Shown here piece after piece: positions 19,988 through 30,509 of a stretch of 64,000 nucleotides of DNA (position 1 is its first letter; every line of letters begins with the position of its first letter). Source of the DNA: Candidatus Poribacteria bacterium (GTDB lineage Bacteria > Poribacteria > WGA-4E > WGA-3G); NCBI GenBank assembly GCA_964291315.2, contig OZ219753.1, positions 2,240,001 through 2,304,000 on the forward strand, in the 5' to 3' direction. Position numbers and translations under genes: made by a program. The notes beneath the pieces are model-generated. The model did no database searches. It was not told where the DNA came from and saw only the letters and a program-made list of their open reading frames with translations.

Positions 19988-21163
19988 ATGAAGCGCATCG
20001 CTGTTATCGCGACTATCTACCGTTATCTGTCACATGCGCAACACTTCGCTGACCGATTCCTCGTCGGTTATCCGGTCGAAGGCAGATGGCATCGCCCAAA
20101 TATGAAAGTGGTTTCTCTATTTGTTGATCAGAAACCGGAAGGTGATCAGAGTCTTGACCGCGCGAGAGAATTCGGCTTCTCTGTCTATCCAACCATCGCC
20201 GAAGCACTCCGATGTGGCGGCGATAAACTCGCTGTAGATGCGGTACTTCTCATCGGAGAACATGGCGAGTATCCACGCAACGAAAAAAATCAAATTCTCT
20301 ATCCACGATACGAATTTTTCAAGGAATGTGTTAAAGTCTTCGAGGAAGACGGACGCGCCGTGCCCATCTATAACGACAAACACCTTTCCTATAGTTTTGA
20401 GAAAGCAAAGGCTATGTTGGACGACGGACATCACCTCGGTTTTGGGGTTTTGGCAGGATCATCGTTACCCGTCACATGGCGATTGCCCGATGTCGAACTG
20501 CCACTAGAATGTGAGATAGAGGCAGCACTCATGGTAGGCGTAGGCAGCTCGGATCCGATGGATTACCATGCCTTAGAGGCGATGCAGTGCATGGTAGAAC
20601 GCCGAAAAGGCTGCGAGACTGGAATCGCTGCTGTGCAACTCATCGAAGGGTCCGCTGTCTGGGAAGCCGGTAAAAATGGAGATTGGCCACACACGCTTTT
20701 GGAAGCTGCACTTTCCCGAACCGACACACCGTGTGGCTTGACACTTGAAGACGGTAGAACGCAAGACCTACTCGGTACAGGTGAGATTCAGCGACTCGTC
20801 GAAAACCCATCCGCCTATTTTATTGAATATAATGACGGTTTGAAGGCGACGCTCCTCATGCTTAACGGTGCAGTCCGAGATTACTGTTTCGCTGCACAAC
20901 TGAAAGATGCCCCCGGGCCAGTGTCCACGCAGTTTTTTTTAACACCGACCCCGAATGTTACCTATTCTGCATGCCTTATTGCCAAAATTGAGGAACTTTT
21001 TGAAACGGGTGTTGCACCCTATCCAGCCGAGCGGACGTTATTGGTGAGCGGTGCCCTGGAGAGTTGCCTGACTTCACGCAGTCAAGGCCACGTTCGTTTA
21101 GAGACCCCACACCTTAACGTTGCATATCGCGCACCTACGGAATCGCAACATGCACGATATTAA
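19988..21163 (+). CDS. Conserved hypothetical NAD(P)-binding-like protein (paralog 2)
   Basis: Same motifs as 18790-19983. Confidence 0.85.
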   Translation: MKRIAVIATIYRYLSHAQHFADRFLVGYPVEGRWHRPNMKVVSLFVDQKPEGDQSLDRAREFGFSVYPTIAEALRCGGDKLAVDAVLLIGEHGEYPRNEKNQILYPRYEFFKECVKVFEEDGRAVPIYNDKHLSYSFEKAKAMLDDGHHLGFGVLAGSSLPVTWRLPDVELPLECEIEAALMVGVGSSDPMDYHALEAMQCMVERRKGCETGIAAVQLIEGSAVWEAGKNGDWPHTLLEAALSRTDTPCGLTLEDGRTQDLLGTGEIQRLVENPSAYFIEYNDGLKATLLMLNGAVRDYCFAAQLKDAPGPVSTQFFLTPTPNVTYSACLIAKIEELFETGVAPYPAERTLLVSGALESCLTSRSQGHVRLETPHLNVAYRAPTESQHARY

Positions 21164-21228
21164 AATATAAAGGCGGACCCGCGCCCGCCCGTTTTAGGTC
21201 AGCATTAATTTTCAATACAATAGAAAAC

Positions 21229-22839
21229 CTACTTCTGAATCAACATCTTCCGGGTCGCAGTGAATTCTCCGGCTGTGAGGGTATAAAAATAGAGACCGCT
21301 TGCAACAGGTTCACCCAGTTCATTTTTACCATCCCAATACGCTGCACGATCCTTGCTCTGATAATCGCCAGCAGATTGATGCCCCAAAGCTAAGATACGA
21401 ATTAAGCACCCGTCTGCTGCGTGGATAGTTACTGTAGCCTCCGCAGGATCAGCAAGTTTATAGGGGATCCATGTCTCTGGGTTGAAAGGATTTGGGTAAT
21501 TGGGTAACAGTGCTGTTTCTTTGGGGGTCAAGAAAGCAAGGAATTGTTCCAATACGGAAAGCCCGCGCTGAAAATCAGGATCGGTGAGGTTCACCTGCCG
21601 CGTTTGACGCAGCCATGTTTGCAGTTCGTCTCTTGTTGGAGTGTCCCTTAGATCCCGTTGCCATGCTGAGGGTGCACTTGCAGCATCATCCATTGCCGCC
21701 ACAATCAACATCAAATCCGTGATATCCACAACGCCGTCACCGTTAACATCTGCAAGACTGCGTCCTGTTTTACCGAAATGTGTCGAAACGAATGTAAGGT
21801 CTTGGATGTTCACAACACTGTCACCGTTAACATCTTCTGGTTTTCGTGTTTGTGTCGAGGTATCTCCCTGAATGAGCATTGTGAATTCCGAGAGAGTGGC
21901 TTCGTCCCGAATCAAAGTTTGGAAATCTGGGTCAGTGAAGAAATGTCCTATCTGAGGTATCTCTTTAATATAATCTACAAATTGGGACTCTACACCGAAT
22001 GTCTCAAGAAGCTCTGGATATTCAACTATGATTTCAATGAGCTCGGGGGTCAAGCGAGCTCGGTTTTCAGGTATCTCCAGCCAGCTTAGAATATTCGGCA
22101 GTGCACCTTGAATTTCGAGTTGCTGAAAGGTTGATCCGTACTTATCAAACATTTGTGTTGCGAGGGTAACTCTTTGATAAACCGTCGGGCGATATCCATC
22201 GTTCGTAGGGAGAGTCAGCGTGAAATTTGCGGTATCCAGATAAATTTCAAAGAACATTCCCCAATTTCGCTCATTATCACTGACTTTGACCAAGAGGAGG
22301 TTATTACCGGTGTTTAGATCTACACGGAACTGGTCCTGAATTCCTGTTGTGCCTCTGTTAACATCGTTTATATGTATGACTTCGCCATTGAGCCAGACTT
22401 TGACGGCGTCGTCACTCCCGACTCCCATTCGTACATTTCTTTGGGGGTGAGGTGAGATAATGTTAATCAAGGCATATGCGGTATGGTAATCCAAATTCTG
22501 GTCGGTGCTCAACCCAATTTCATTTACGACTTGATTGACGTTGTTAGAATAACAACCCCAAATCCAGAACAAGCAGTCGACTGTGGGGCGGATACGCCCG
22601 CGGGTCCACTGCAATTGTCCCAAAGTTTCATGTTCATTTATGCCATGTTCAGCAACATAGCGTTCCGTTACCGCGCCTTGGCTGGTTATAGCGAGATAGT
22701 CGGTATTAATGTTTGCTCCCTTTGCAATCATCCAGAGCCAGGGCCCTTCTATGTAAGCGGCTGCCGGAGTGCAGGCGGTACAAGGAAGCAAAATTCCTAC
22801 TAAACAACACAATATCCATCTCGACTTAACAATATTCAT
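21229..22839 (-). CDS. Secreted protein: PA14-like beta domain, dockerin-type repeats, T9SS-type C-terminal sorting domain (start reassigned to MNIVK at 22839)
   Basis: GSDDAVKVWLNG; EDVNGDSVVNIQDL/ADVNGDGVVDITDL; NYPNPFNPETWIPY..YWDGKN..SGLYFY..TRKMLI; AAGGAG upstream. Confidence 0.85.
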   Translation of the reverse strand: MNIVKSRWILCCLVGILLPCTACTPAAAYIEGPWLWMIAKGANINTDYLAITSQGAVTERYVAEHGINEHETLGQLQWTRGRIRPTVDCLFWIWGCYSNNVNQVVNEIGLSTDQNLDYHTAYALINIISPHPQRNVRMGVGSDDAVKVWLNGEVIHINDVNRGTTGIQDQFRVDLNTGNNLLLVKVSDNERNWGMFFEIYLDTANFTLTLPTNDGYRPTVYQRVTLATQMFDKYGSTFQQLEIQGALPNILSWLEIPENRARLTPELIEIIVEYPELLETFGVESQFVDYIKEIPQIGHFFTDPDFQTLIRDEATLSEFTMLIQGDTSTQTRKPEDVNGDSVVNIQDLTFVSTHFGKTGRSLADVNGDGVVDITDLMLIVAAMDDAASAPSAWQRDLRDTPTRDELQTWLRQTRQVNLTDPDFQRGLSVLEQFLAFLTPKETALLPNYPNPFNPETWIPYKLADPAEATVTIHAADGCLIRILALGHQSAGDYQSKDRAAYWDGKNELGEPVASGLYFYTLTAGEFTATRKMLIQK

Positions 22840-22847
22840 AGGTGGAT

Positions 22848-22965
22848 TTATCTCCTTATTAACATTTTCCGAGTTGCAGTGAATTCTCCTGCTTTGAGGG
22901 CATAGAAATAGAGTCCCACTTGTACTAGACTCACCGGGTTCGTTTCTTCCGAACGTGTATGCTGA
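22848..22965 (-). pseudogene. Decayed remnant of a T9SS-type CTD coding end
   Basis: AYTFGRNEPGESSTSG, frameshift, LYFYALKAGEFTATRKMLIRR*; matches the C-terminus of the 21229-22839 protein. Confidence 0.7.
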
Positions 22966-23157
22966 AAAACAGGTTTCGCACCTGGCCCCCACGCAGCCAT
23001 TAAAATTTTGTTTGTAATATAACATATTATATACATAATGCCAAATTCAAAAGGTTTGATAAAAAAATGAACTGGCAGAAAGCCTACGTTATTGGTATAA
23101 TAAGTATATCTATCAACATTGACAAACCGAGATTCTTTGTTCAAAAGGATATAAAAG

Positions 23158-23985
23158 ATGAAATTCAAACGCGAAGAAATTTTAGAGCAACTACGTAATA
23201 ATATTGGCGCAGGCAAACCTATCATCGGAGCAGGTGCCGGCACGGGCATCTCTGCGAAATGTGAGGCAGCTGGCGGGATCGACCTGATTATTATCTACAA
23301 TTCCGGGAGATTTAGAATGGCAGGTAGAGGGTCCCTTGCCGGGATGATGCCCTATGGTGACGCAAACCGGATTGTTGTAGAGATGGCGAGCGAAGTGCTA
23401 CCCGTCGTTCCCGACACCCCCGTCCTTGCAGGCGTTTGCGGTACTGACCCATTTCGATTGATGGATGTCTTCTTAAAAGAGATAGATGCAATCGGGTTCT
23501 CTGGGGTTCAGAACTTCCCGACGGTGGGTCTGATTGATGGAACGTTCCGGCAACTGCTTGAGGAGACAGATATGGGATATGGCGCTGAGGTAGAGATGAT
23601 TCGGACAGCCCATCAACTCGGTATGCTCACGACACCTTACGCCTTCAACGAAACAGAAGCGGAGCAGATGGCAGATGCGGGTGCGGATATCCTCGTTGCA
23701 CACATGGGGCTCACTACGAAAGGTTCTATCGGCGCGAAAACCGCTTTCACACTTGAGGATGCCGCCAAACGCGTGCAAGCCATCCACGATGCAGCGAAAG
23801 GGGTTAATCCTGATATCCTCGTTATCTGTCACGGAGGCCCCATTGCAGAACCGGAAGACGCAGCGTATATCTTGGAAAACAGCGATGGTATTGTAGGGTT
23901 CTATGGTGCCTCAAGTGCTGAACGTCTCCCGACGGAACGCGCAATCATAGCGCAGATTGAGGAATTCAAGAAAATTCGGTTATAA
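23158..23985 (+). CDS. Phosphoenolpyruvate hydrolase-like TIM-barrel protein
   Basis: [59 protein letters not shown]. Confidence 0.9.
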   Translation: MKFKREEILEQLRNNIGAGKPIIGAGAGTGISAKCEAAGGIDLIIIYNSGRFRMAGRGSLAGMMPYGDANRIVVEMASEVLPVVPDTPVLAGVCGTDPFRLMDVFLKEIDAIGFSGVQNFPTVGLIDGTFRQLLEETDMGYGAEVEMIRTAHQLGMLTTPYAFNETEAEQMADAGADILVAHMGLTTKGSIGAKTAFTLEDAAKRVQAIHDAAKGVNPDILVICHGGPIAEPEDAAYILENSDGIVGFYGASSAERLPTERAIIAQIEEFKKIRL

Positions 23986-24215
23986 TTCCCTCTTTATTCC
24001 GCCTGCGCGGTTACCCAACAGCGCAGATTTATCATTAGTAAACGTTTATAACGGCACAACCTCGCCCAATTTAACGCCTATCAAATACGCGATGCCACGT
24101 ATCCATGGTATCATCTCATTTTTTCAGGCGAATTTCGGAGGCACCTCCACCATGAGTGCCTGCTAGAATCACCCTCAGAAAAGGCATCAGTTGTGTATCA
24201 AATCCACCGTCCTAC

Positions 24216-25277
24216 TCACTCATCAAGATAGTTTTCGTTGACATAGCGTGTGATTATTTCAATTTCTTCCTCTTCAAGATAAAGCCCGTTATCTATCATT
24301 CGTGTCATCATCTCGGTTGTTTCTTCTTCAGAGCGAGGCGGATAGTCTTCAACGTCTGTCAGTGGATGACACTGTGAGCATTTATCCTCAAAGAGTGCTT
24401 TCGCTTCAGCCTCATCGTAAGCAATTGGTGGTGTTTCCGCTGCTGCGTCCGATTTTACAGCAACAGTTGCGGTTTGGGCAGCTGCTTTCGCCTCATCGGC
24501 GCGCATCTGTTCCTGTCGTTGTTCCCGTACCGAAACCTGGATATCCGGTGTAATTGCAATGAGGTATGCCGAAACAGCCCACGATTCTTCTGTATGAATA
24601 GGTTCCCCAATCATAGGTTTTATCACCATACGATTGACGAGGCGAACCCAGTCTGTGGGTGTACGCGGCTTCGCGAGAATAGTGCGCAGATCGTGACAGA
24701 TGACACATTTGCTTTGCAGGACATGCTGGCCTTCGCGCAATTTTCGCTTTGACGCGAGTTGATCAAGCGGTGCTTCTGCTGGTAGTCCAGCGTTTTGAAG
24801 CAACTTTCGGGTTCGCGTGATCCCTTCATCGCTGAAGGCGCCTGTCTGTGTTCGCAATGCCACTTCCCGAAAGGTGAAGGGCACGGACAACCCAATCAAT
24901 AGATAGGTACAAATTAGGAGACATGTACCGATGTAGGGCATTGACTCCTCAAAATGTCGAAAAAATCGAAGGATAGCAATTTTGACGAGAATCAACACCC
25001 CAATCGTAATACCGAGCATCAGATGTGCGACAGTGCGCGGCGGCAGTTCAACTTGGTAATTCCACAAGCGCGGCACCATGTGCCACATCATAAAGAGATA
25101 GAGGATGGCGTATGCATAACCGATGAACCGATGGAGTAGCATCAATGAAGGCGGTGCTTCACTGGTCCGTGTCTCCTTATCAAATGGGTACCCCCATAAC
25201 TTAAACATCAAAAAGACGGAGGCGTTCGCAAGTCCTAAAAAAATTAAACCGAGGATTGCACTCGTTGAGGTAGACAT
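24216..25277 (-). CDS. Membrane-anchored dihaem cytochrome c
   Basis: About 4 N-terminal TM helices; two CxxCH motifs (CVICH, CSQCH), each with a downstream RM. Confidence 0.8.
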   Translation of the reverse strand: MSTSTSAILGLIFLGLANASVFLMFKLWGYPFDKETRTSEAPPSLMLLHRFIGYAYAILYLFMMWHMVPRLWNYQVELPPRTVAHLMLGITIGVLILVKIAILRFFRHFEESMPYIGTCLLICTYLLIGLSVPFTFREVALRTQTGAFSDEGITRTRKLLQNAGLPAEAPLDQLASKRKLREGQHVLQSKCVICHDLRTILAKPRTPTDWVRLVNRMVIKPMIGEPIHTEESWAVSAYLIAITPDIQVSVREQRQEQMRADEAKAAAQTATVAVKSDAAAETPPIAYDEAEAKALFEDKCSQCHPLTDVEDYPPRSEEETTEMMTRMIDNGLYLEEEEIEIITRYVNENYLDE

Positions 25278-25302
25278 GTTACATATTCCTTTCGTCTTTT
25301 CC

Positions 25303-26103
25303 TTATATATCCAAGGTAGGGCGATTTAATCGAGAGTGATAGGGCGGCTCCATCACGGCGCGCTGGCGTTCATTCGCCCATTCGGGTACCGGATAGGCGG
25401 GCACATAGGCCATATTACCTGCGGTATAACGGGTTAAGATAGAGCGTCGGGGATGTTCAGCTGTCCACGGTAGTGTTCCGTGTGTCACCGCCTCGGTGAA
25501 AATGACCACATCGCCAGCATTGCAGACGACTTGGCGGATATGCTCTTGGTGTTCTTGGTAAAGTCGCATCTTTTTCGGACACCGATAGTTACTTTTATGG
25601 CTTCCTGGAATGACAATCAACCCGCCTGCTCCGGGCGGTACATCGGTTAGCTGAAACGTGACAACAGTCAAACCGTTATGCATACGCCCCTCACGAAAGA
25701 TGTAGTACTGGTTCGGATCAAAACCGGGGCCGGAGGATCCGTGGAAGGTATGGCCCTCTGCTCCTTTGTTCATTGAAAGCAGAAACATCTGATGATCCAT
25801 ACGGAACCCTTTTCCGAGCATCTCATTGAGATACGAAACGAGTGTCGGATGTGCAAGCATATGCCGGAATGGGTTACACCATGGCTCTTGCCAGTTGAGC
25901 ATACCACCGAGTTCTTCTCTACCGTGTTCACCTCTTAACTCTGGAGACCCGCCATCTAGTGCTTGATCACGTGGACGGATATGTGCCTGATCACTGTGTT
26001 TATCAATAGCTTCGTTCGCACGTGCTACCTCATCAGGGGTGAGCACATTTTTGACAATGAGGTAACCGTTCAGATCAAATAGATACTTTTCGTCAGCGTT
26101 CAT
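25303..26103 (-). CDS. PhyH family Fe(II)/2-oxoglutarate dioxygenase
   Basis: FDLNGYL, LTDV...GGL..IPGSHK, AGDV..F.E...HG, RR; likely start MNADEKY. Confidence 0.85.
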   Translation of the reverse strand: MNADEKYLFDLNGYLIVKNVLTPDEVARANEAIDKHSDQAHIRPRDQALDGGSPELRGEHGREELGGMLNWQEPWCNPFRHMLAHPTLVSYLNEMLGKGFRMDHQMFLLSMNKGAEGHTFHGSSGPGFDPNQYYIFREGRMHNGLTVVTFQLTDVPPGAGGLIVIPGSHKSNYRCPKKMRLYQEHQEHIRQVVCNAGDVVIFTEAVTHGTLPWTAEHPRRSILTRYTAGNMAYVPAYPVPEWANERQRAVMEPPYHSRLNRPTLDI

Positions 26104-26229
26104 TTTCGAGGTCCTCCACTTCATGAATAGCTATCAGCTGTTAATCGTCTAGCACCAGGAATCCGTTGTGGCGATCGCAAATGTTTGTTCATATTATATG
26201 GCCTGGTGACCGGCAACTGCTGAAGGCAG

Positions 26230-27357
26230 CTATACCGCGTAAGCGACAGAACCGTCCTCACGCAAAGGTGTTATGCCGGTATTCATAGGCTGATAACGGG
26301 TTTTCTCGATTAAACTATCGTCCAGCTCAATACCCAGCCCCGGGGCTTCAGGAATTGGAATATGACCGCCTTCCCGTCGGTATGCGACTTTATACACAGC
26401 GCATGCCTCAGATTCATCACTTTTCGTATACTCTTGTGTAATAAAGTTTGGAATACTTGTATCCAAGTGAAGCGATGCAGCAGTAATAAGCGGTCCCAGG
26501 AAGTTATGTGTGACAACAGCGCTGTGATATGCCTCGGCAAGCGCTGCAATTTTCTTACAGTGTGTTATACCACCTGCCAACCCGAGATCGGGGCGCACGT
26601 ATTGTGGGCCGCCTGCCTCGAGGAGCTCACGGAATTCCCATATGCTTACGTTGCGTTCGCCGACGGCGAGAGGGGTTGTCATCCGTTTTGCTAATTCCGC
26701 TTGTGTTGTTATGGTGTCTATCTGAATCGGGTCTTCGATAAAATAGAGATTAAAGGGGGCTAACGCCGATTCTAAGACGATACTATTCATAGGTGTCAGT
26801 TTCCGATGCACCTCAACAATCAGATCAAGATCCGGTCCGCCCCCGTCACGCGCCGCGGCAACGATATCGCGTGCTGTTTTGACGAGTCGATCGACTGCCA
26901 TATCTTGGAAGCCACCCACCAAAGGGTCAAATTTGAGTGCTGTGAAGCCTTCTTGGACAGCAGCTTTTGCTGCTTCATACATTTTCTCCGGTGTACTCCC
27001 GCCGCCGAGAAGATGCAACCGGATTTTATCACGACAGTTCCCGCCTAACAGCTCCCAGATAGGTACACCGAAATGCTTACCCTTGATGTCCCACAAGGCG
27101 ATGTCCACTGCGCTGATAGCACCGCTTAGTGCAGTTCCACGGAACGGCCCCATGCGATAGAGGTACTGCCAGTGGTGCTCAACCCGCAACGGATTCTTTC
27201 CGATCAGGTGTTTCTTAAACGTATTCACGATGCTATCAACAGCCTCTGGATAGCCCCAACAGGCGGTCTGTCCGACACCACTGATACCTGTATCGGTATA
27301 AATCCGAATCACGTAGCCGTTCCCTACGAAAAATGACTCAATTTTATCAATCTTCAT
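26230..27357 (-). CDS. Mandelate racemase/galactonate dehydratase-like enolase superfamily protein
   Basis: SAVDIALWDIKGK, LLGG, KFD, EDP, GER, GGIT, HN. Confidence 0.9.
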   Translation of the reverse strand: MKIDKIESFFVGNGYVIRIYTDTGISGVGQTACWGYPEAVDSIVNTFKKHLIGKNPLRVEHHWQYLYRMGPFRGTALSGAISAVDIALWDIKGKHFGVPIWELLGGNCRDKIRLHLLGGGSTPEKMYEAAKAAVQEGFTALKFDPLVGGFQDMAVDRLVKTARDIVAAARDGGGPDLDLIVEVHRKLTPMNSIVLESALAPFNLYFIEDPIQIDTITTQAELAKRMTTPLAVGERNVSIWEFRELLEAGGPQYVRPDLGLAGGITHCKKIAALAEAYHSAVVTHNFLGPLITAASLHLDTSIPNFITQEYTKSDESEACAVYKVAYRREGGHIPIPEAPGLGIELDDSLIEKTRYQPMNTGITPLREDGSVAYAV

Positions 27358-27488
27358 ATATCGCTCCTGCCTTTTGACAGCAAGTTTTGGATACCCACGA
27401 GATGCATCAAAAGGTGATTTTTATTTTTCATATTGTATCACAAGCCCGCGAATTTAACAATAGAGAAATATCAAGACCAATCAAACAG

Positions 27489-27517
27489 TTGACACAAATT
27501 TGTGGGCGTGTTAATAT
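27489..27517 (+). promoter_or_regulatory. Sigma70-type promoter
   Basis: TTGACA-17 nt-TAATAT with TG extension, upstream of the PhyH gene. Confidence 0.45.
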
Positions 27518-27714
27518 AGTGGGAAGTTTCGCAAATCGGAAATAGGATAACGAATACTTAAAAAACAACGGAAAATGAGAGTCTGCATTAATGAAAGCAT
27601 CAGTAATCGGTTAAGAAAGGTTTGGTATATTAAACCGCACTTTCTGCTATAGACAGCTGAAAGTGAGCCTATTAAACGTCCTGACAACCGATAGATAATC
27701 AATTGGAGGGAAAT

Positions 27715-28527
27715 ATGATCAATCCAACACAGGTTGACACTTTTCGTGAAAAAGGGTTTCTTCTTGGAAGCCGTGTCCTAAGCAACGAACAGATTGAGGA
27801 ATTGCGGGCAGAATTGGCACGCGTCATTGATAGCTACGAAAAACCTGACGTTCCGCAGCCTGTACGTATTGCGAACCTCGGAGGTAAAGCAGATAGCCCG
27901 GTTTGGCAGATCGTCAATATTTGGGAGGCGAGTGCTGCCTATCATCGCCTTATTCACAACCCAGTCATTGTCGAAGAGATCGGACAACTTATGTCAGCAA
28001 CAGAATTGCGGGTCTGGCACGACCAGATTCAGTACAAACCTGCGAAAGTTGGAGGCGTAAATATGTGGCATCAGGATTCACCTTATTGGCCAATACTGAC
28101 CCCCAAAACAAGTCAGGTAACGGCTTGGGTCGCGCTGGATGATGTTGATGAAAGTAACGGGTGTATGCGTATGATTCCCGGCTCCTACCATTGGGGCAAT
28201 CAGATCCCGTTTCTGCATTCGATCAAGGATATTCATTCAATGCCCGATTACTTTGAAGATAAAGAATTGAAGATAGAACTTTGTCCTGTGCCAAAAGGTC
28301 ATGTTCATTACCATCATTCTCTAACATGGCACGGTTCGCACGACAACACCAGTGGAAATCCGCGCCGCGCAATCGCGGTGCATTATATGACAGGTGAGAC
28401 ACAATATGATGCCAGCGGCAACCATGTCATGAAGCCTTTTGTAACAGTCAATGATGGTGATAAATTGGCGGGTGAACACTTTCCTCTTGTGATGGAGGCC
28501 GGGATCCCGACGAATCCCAATTTGTAG
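27715..28527 (+). CDS. PhyH family dioxygenase
   Basis: WHQD, WVALDD..E.NGCM..IPGS, H..L.WHGS..N.S..RR; GGAGG RBS. Confidence 0.9.
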   Translation: MINPTQVDTFREKGFLLGSRVLSNEQIEELRAELARVIDSYEKPDVPQPVRIANLGGKADSPVWQIVNIWEASAAYHRLIHNPVIVEEIGQLMSATELRVWHDQIQYKPAKVGGVNMWHQDSPYWPILTPKTSQVTAWVALDDVDESNGCMRMIPGSYHWGNQIPFLHSIKDIHSMPDYFEDKELKIELCPVPKGHVHYHHSLTWHGSHDNTSGNPRRAIAVHYMTGETQYDASGNHVMKPFVTVNDGDKLAGEHFPLVMEAGIPTNPNL

Positions 28528-28684
28528 TGAATTAAATATGAACTGCTGCACCCTACGTCTATGCAGGCACAAAATAGGGAAGAGGCCATTTCTAATCTAA
28601 CGGCGGTTTTATTACTTTTAGATCATTGCCGACAACGGAGGCAACAACCAGACTTAATCCACAAAAAATGAATTGGAGAAAAAT

Positions 28685-30319
28685 ATGAAAGTTGTTGATG
28701 CAGTTGCAAAAGTCCTTAAAGCCGAGGGGGTAGAGTACCTTTTTGCCTATCCGGTCAACCCGATAATCGAGGCGGCGGCGAAGTTGGACATACGGCCCAT
28801 TATCGTCAGACAAGAACGGATTGGACTTCACATGGCGGACGCGATGAGCCGAATGACTTCCGGGGAAAAGATTGGTGTGTTCTGTATGCAAAGCGGACCC
28901 GGCTCGGAAAACGCATTCGGCGGAGTCGCCCAAGCCTACGGTGATTCCGCACCCATTGTGGTTCTGCCGGGCGGCTATTCCCGAAACATAACCCAGATCC
29001 AACCGAACTTCAATTCTGCTCTGAACTATCGGCACGTAACAAAGTCGTGTGAACAGGTGACGGTGCCTGAAGCTGTTCCAGAAGCTATGCGGCGTGCTTT
29101 TACTCAAGTCCGGAACGGCAGACCGCGCCCTGCACTTGTTGAATTTCCGTCAGATCTGTTTAATGAGGAGATTTCTGACTCCTTTAAACCGACCCCTGTT
29201 CCGACAGTACGCTACGGACCTGATAGTGGTTCAATTGAAGCCGCCGCAGAGACACTGCTTGATGCCGAATGTCCTATTATCTACGCGGGACAAGGGGTGC
29301 ATTACGCGCAAGCATGGGACGCATTAAAAGAACTAGCGGAGCTGCTCAGCGCACCTGTGACAACAAGCTTGGGCGGCAAAAGCGCATTTCCTGAAGATCA
29401 CCCGTTAGCTCTTGGTTCCGGGGGGCGTGCTGTCCCGAAACCGGTACATCACTTTCTCCAGAAAACGGACCTGATTTTCGGTGTCGGATGCAGCTTCACT
29501 CGAACTGGTTTTGGTATTAGGATTCCCGAAGGCAAACGAGTCATCCACGCCACATTAGATCCAGCAGATATGAACAAGGATGTCCCTGTCGAAACTGCCC
29601 TCATTGGCGATGCCGGTCTAATCTTGGATGGATTAGTAGAAGCTGTTCTCGATCGCTCTAACGGCGCATCTAAGGATCACAGAGCTGCCGTCACTCAAGA
29701 AATCAGTGCTGTTAAGACTGAATGGCTAGAACAGTGGAAACCTAAACTTACCTCTGACGCAGTACCGATGACTCCCTACCGCGTCATTTGGGATCTGCTG
29801 CACACCGTCGATGTCAAAAACACGATTATTACGCACGATGCCGGAAGTCCACGCGATCAAATGTCGCCGTTCTGGCAGTCTGTTGCACCGCTCACCTATA
29901 TCGGTTGGGGTAAGACGACACAGCTCGGTTACGGTCTTGGACTCGCGATGGGAGCGAAACTCGCCAAACCAGATCACCTCTGTATCAACGTCTGGGGCGA
30001 TGCCGCTATCGGTTTCACCGGTATGGACTTCGAAACTGCTGTGCGAGAAAGAATCCCAATTTTGTCAGTGCTTTTCAATAATTTCTCCATGGCAATTGAG
30101 ATCCCGATTATGCCTGTCTCCACCGAGAAATACCGTTCTACAGACATCTCTGGGCACTACGCAGATATGGCGAAAGCGTTCGGTGGCTACGGCGAGCGGG
30201 TTGAAACACCAGATCAGATTATTCCAGCTATCCAACGCGGGATCCAGAAAACACAAGAAGGTGTACCGGCTCTCCTTGAGTTTATCACCGCAAAAGAAAT
30301 TCAGATTTCCAGTTTCTAA
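28685..30319 (+). CDS. Thiamine-diphosphate-dependent enzyme (acetolactate synthase-like)
   Basis: RQER...HMAD, QSGPG.EN, GDAAIGFTGMD..N ThDP-binding motif. Confidence 0.9.
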   Translation: MKVVDAVAKVLKAEGVEYLFAYPVNPIIEAAAKLDIRPIIVRQERIGLHMADAMSRMTSGEKIGVFCMQSGPGSENAFGGVAQAYGDSAPIVVLPGGYSRNITQIQPNFNSALNYRHVTKSCEQVTVPEAVPEAMRRAFTQVRNGRPRPALVEFPSDLFNEEISDSFKPTPVPTVRYGPDSGSIEAAAETLLDAECPIIYAGQGVHYAQAWDALKELAELLSAPVTTSLGGKSAFPEDHPLALGSGGRAVPKPVHHFLQKTDLIFGVGCSFTRTGFGIRIPEGKRVIHATLDPADMNKDVPVETALIGDAGLILDGLVEAVLDRSNGASKDHRAAVTQEISAVKTEWLEQWKPKLTSDAVPMTPYRVIWDLLHTVDVKNTIITHDAGSPRDQMSPFWQSVAPLTYIGWGKTTQLGYGLGLAMGAKLAKPDHLCINVWGDAAIGFTGMDFETAVRERIPILSVLFNNFSMAIEIPIMPVSTEKYRSTDISGHYADMAKAFGGYGERVETPDQIIPAIQRGIQKTQEGVPALLEFITAKEIQISSF

Positions 30320-30320
30320 T

Positions 30321-30485
30321 TAGCTGTCGGTTGTCGGTTAAGAGGCATCTCGTAAAGATCTACCCAAATTTTGCCCACATGTGGCAAAATTTGGGCTTTG
30401 CTTACGCTCTTCGTGTACGCTGGAAAGAGACACATTGTTCTGATGCCCCTCTTTAACTGAAGATTGATAACCTATAACTGACACC
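30321..30485. repeat. Intergenic palindromic (MITE/REP-like) element
   Basis: Perfect 13-bp inverted repeat CCCAAATTTTGCC/GGCAAAATTTGGG (30363-30395) inside imperfect outer arms GTTAAGAGGCATC/GATGCCCCTCTTTAAC and heptamer-like ends. Confidence 0.55.
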
Positions 30486-30509
30486 TCTTAAAAAAGGAGT
30501 TCACTCACT

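Noticed and set aside
22840-23025. N-terminal extension of the 598-aa ORF
   Set aside because: It runs through the CTD relic; the RBS and signal peptide point to 22839
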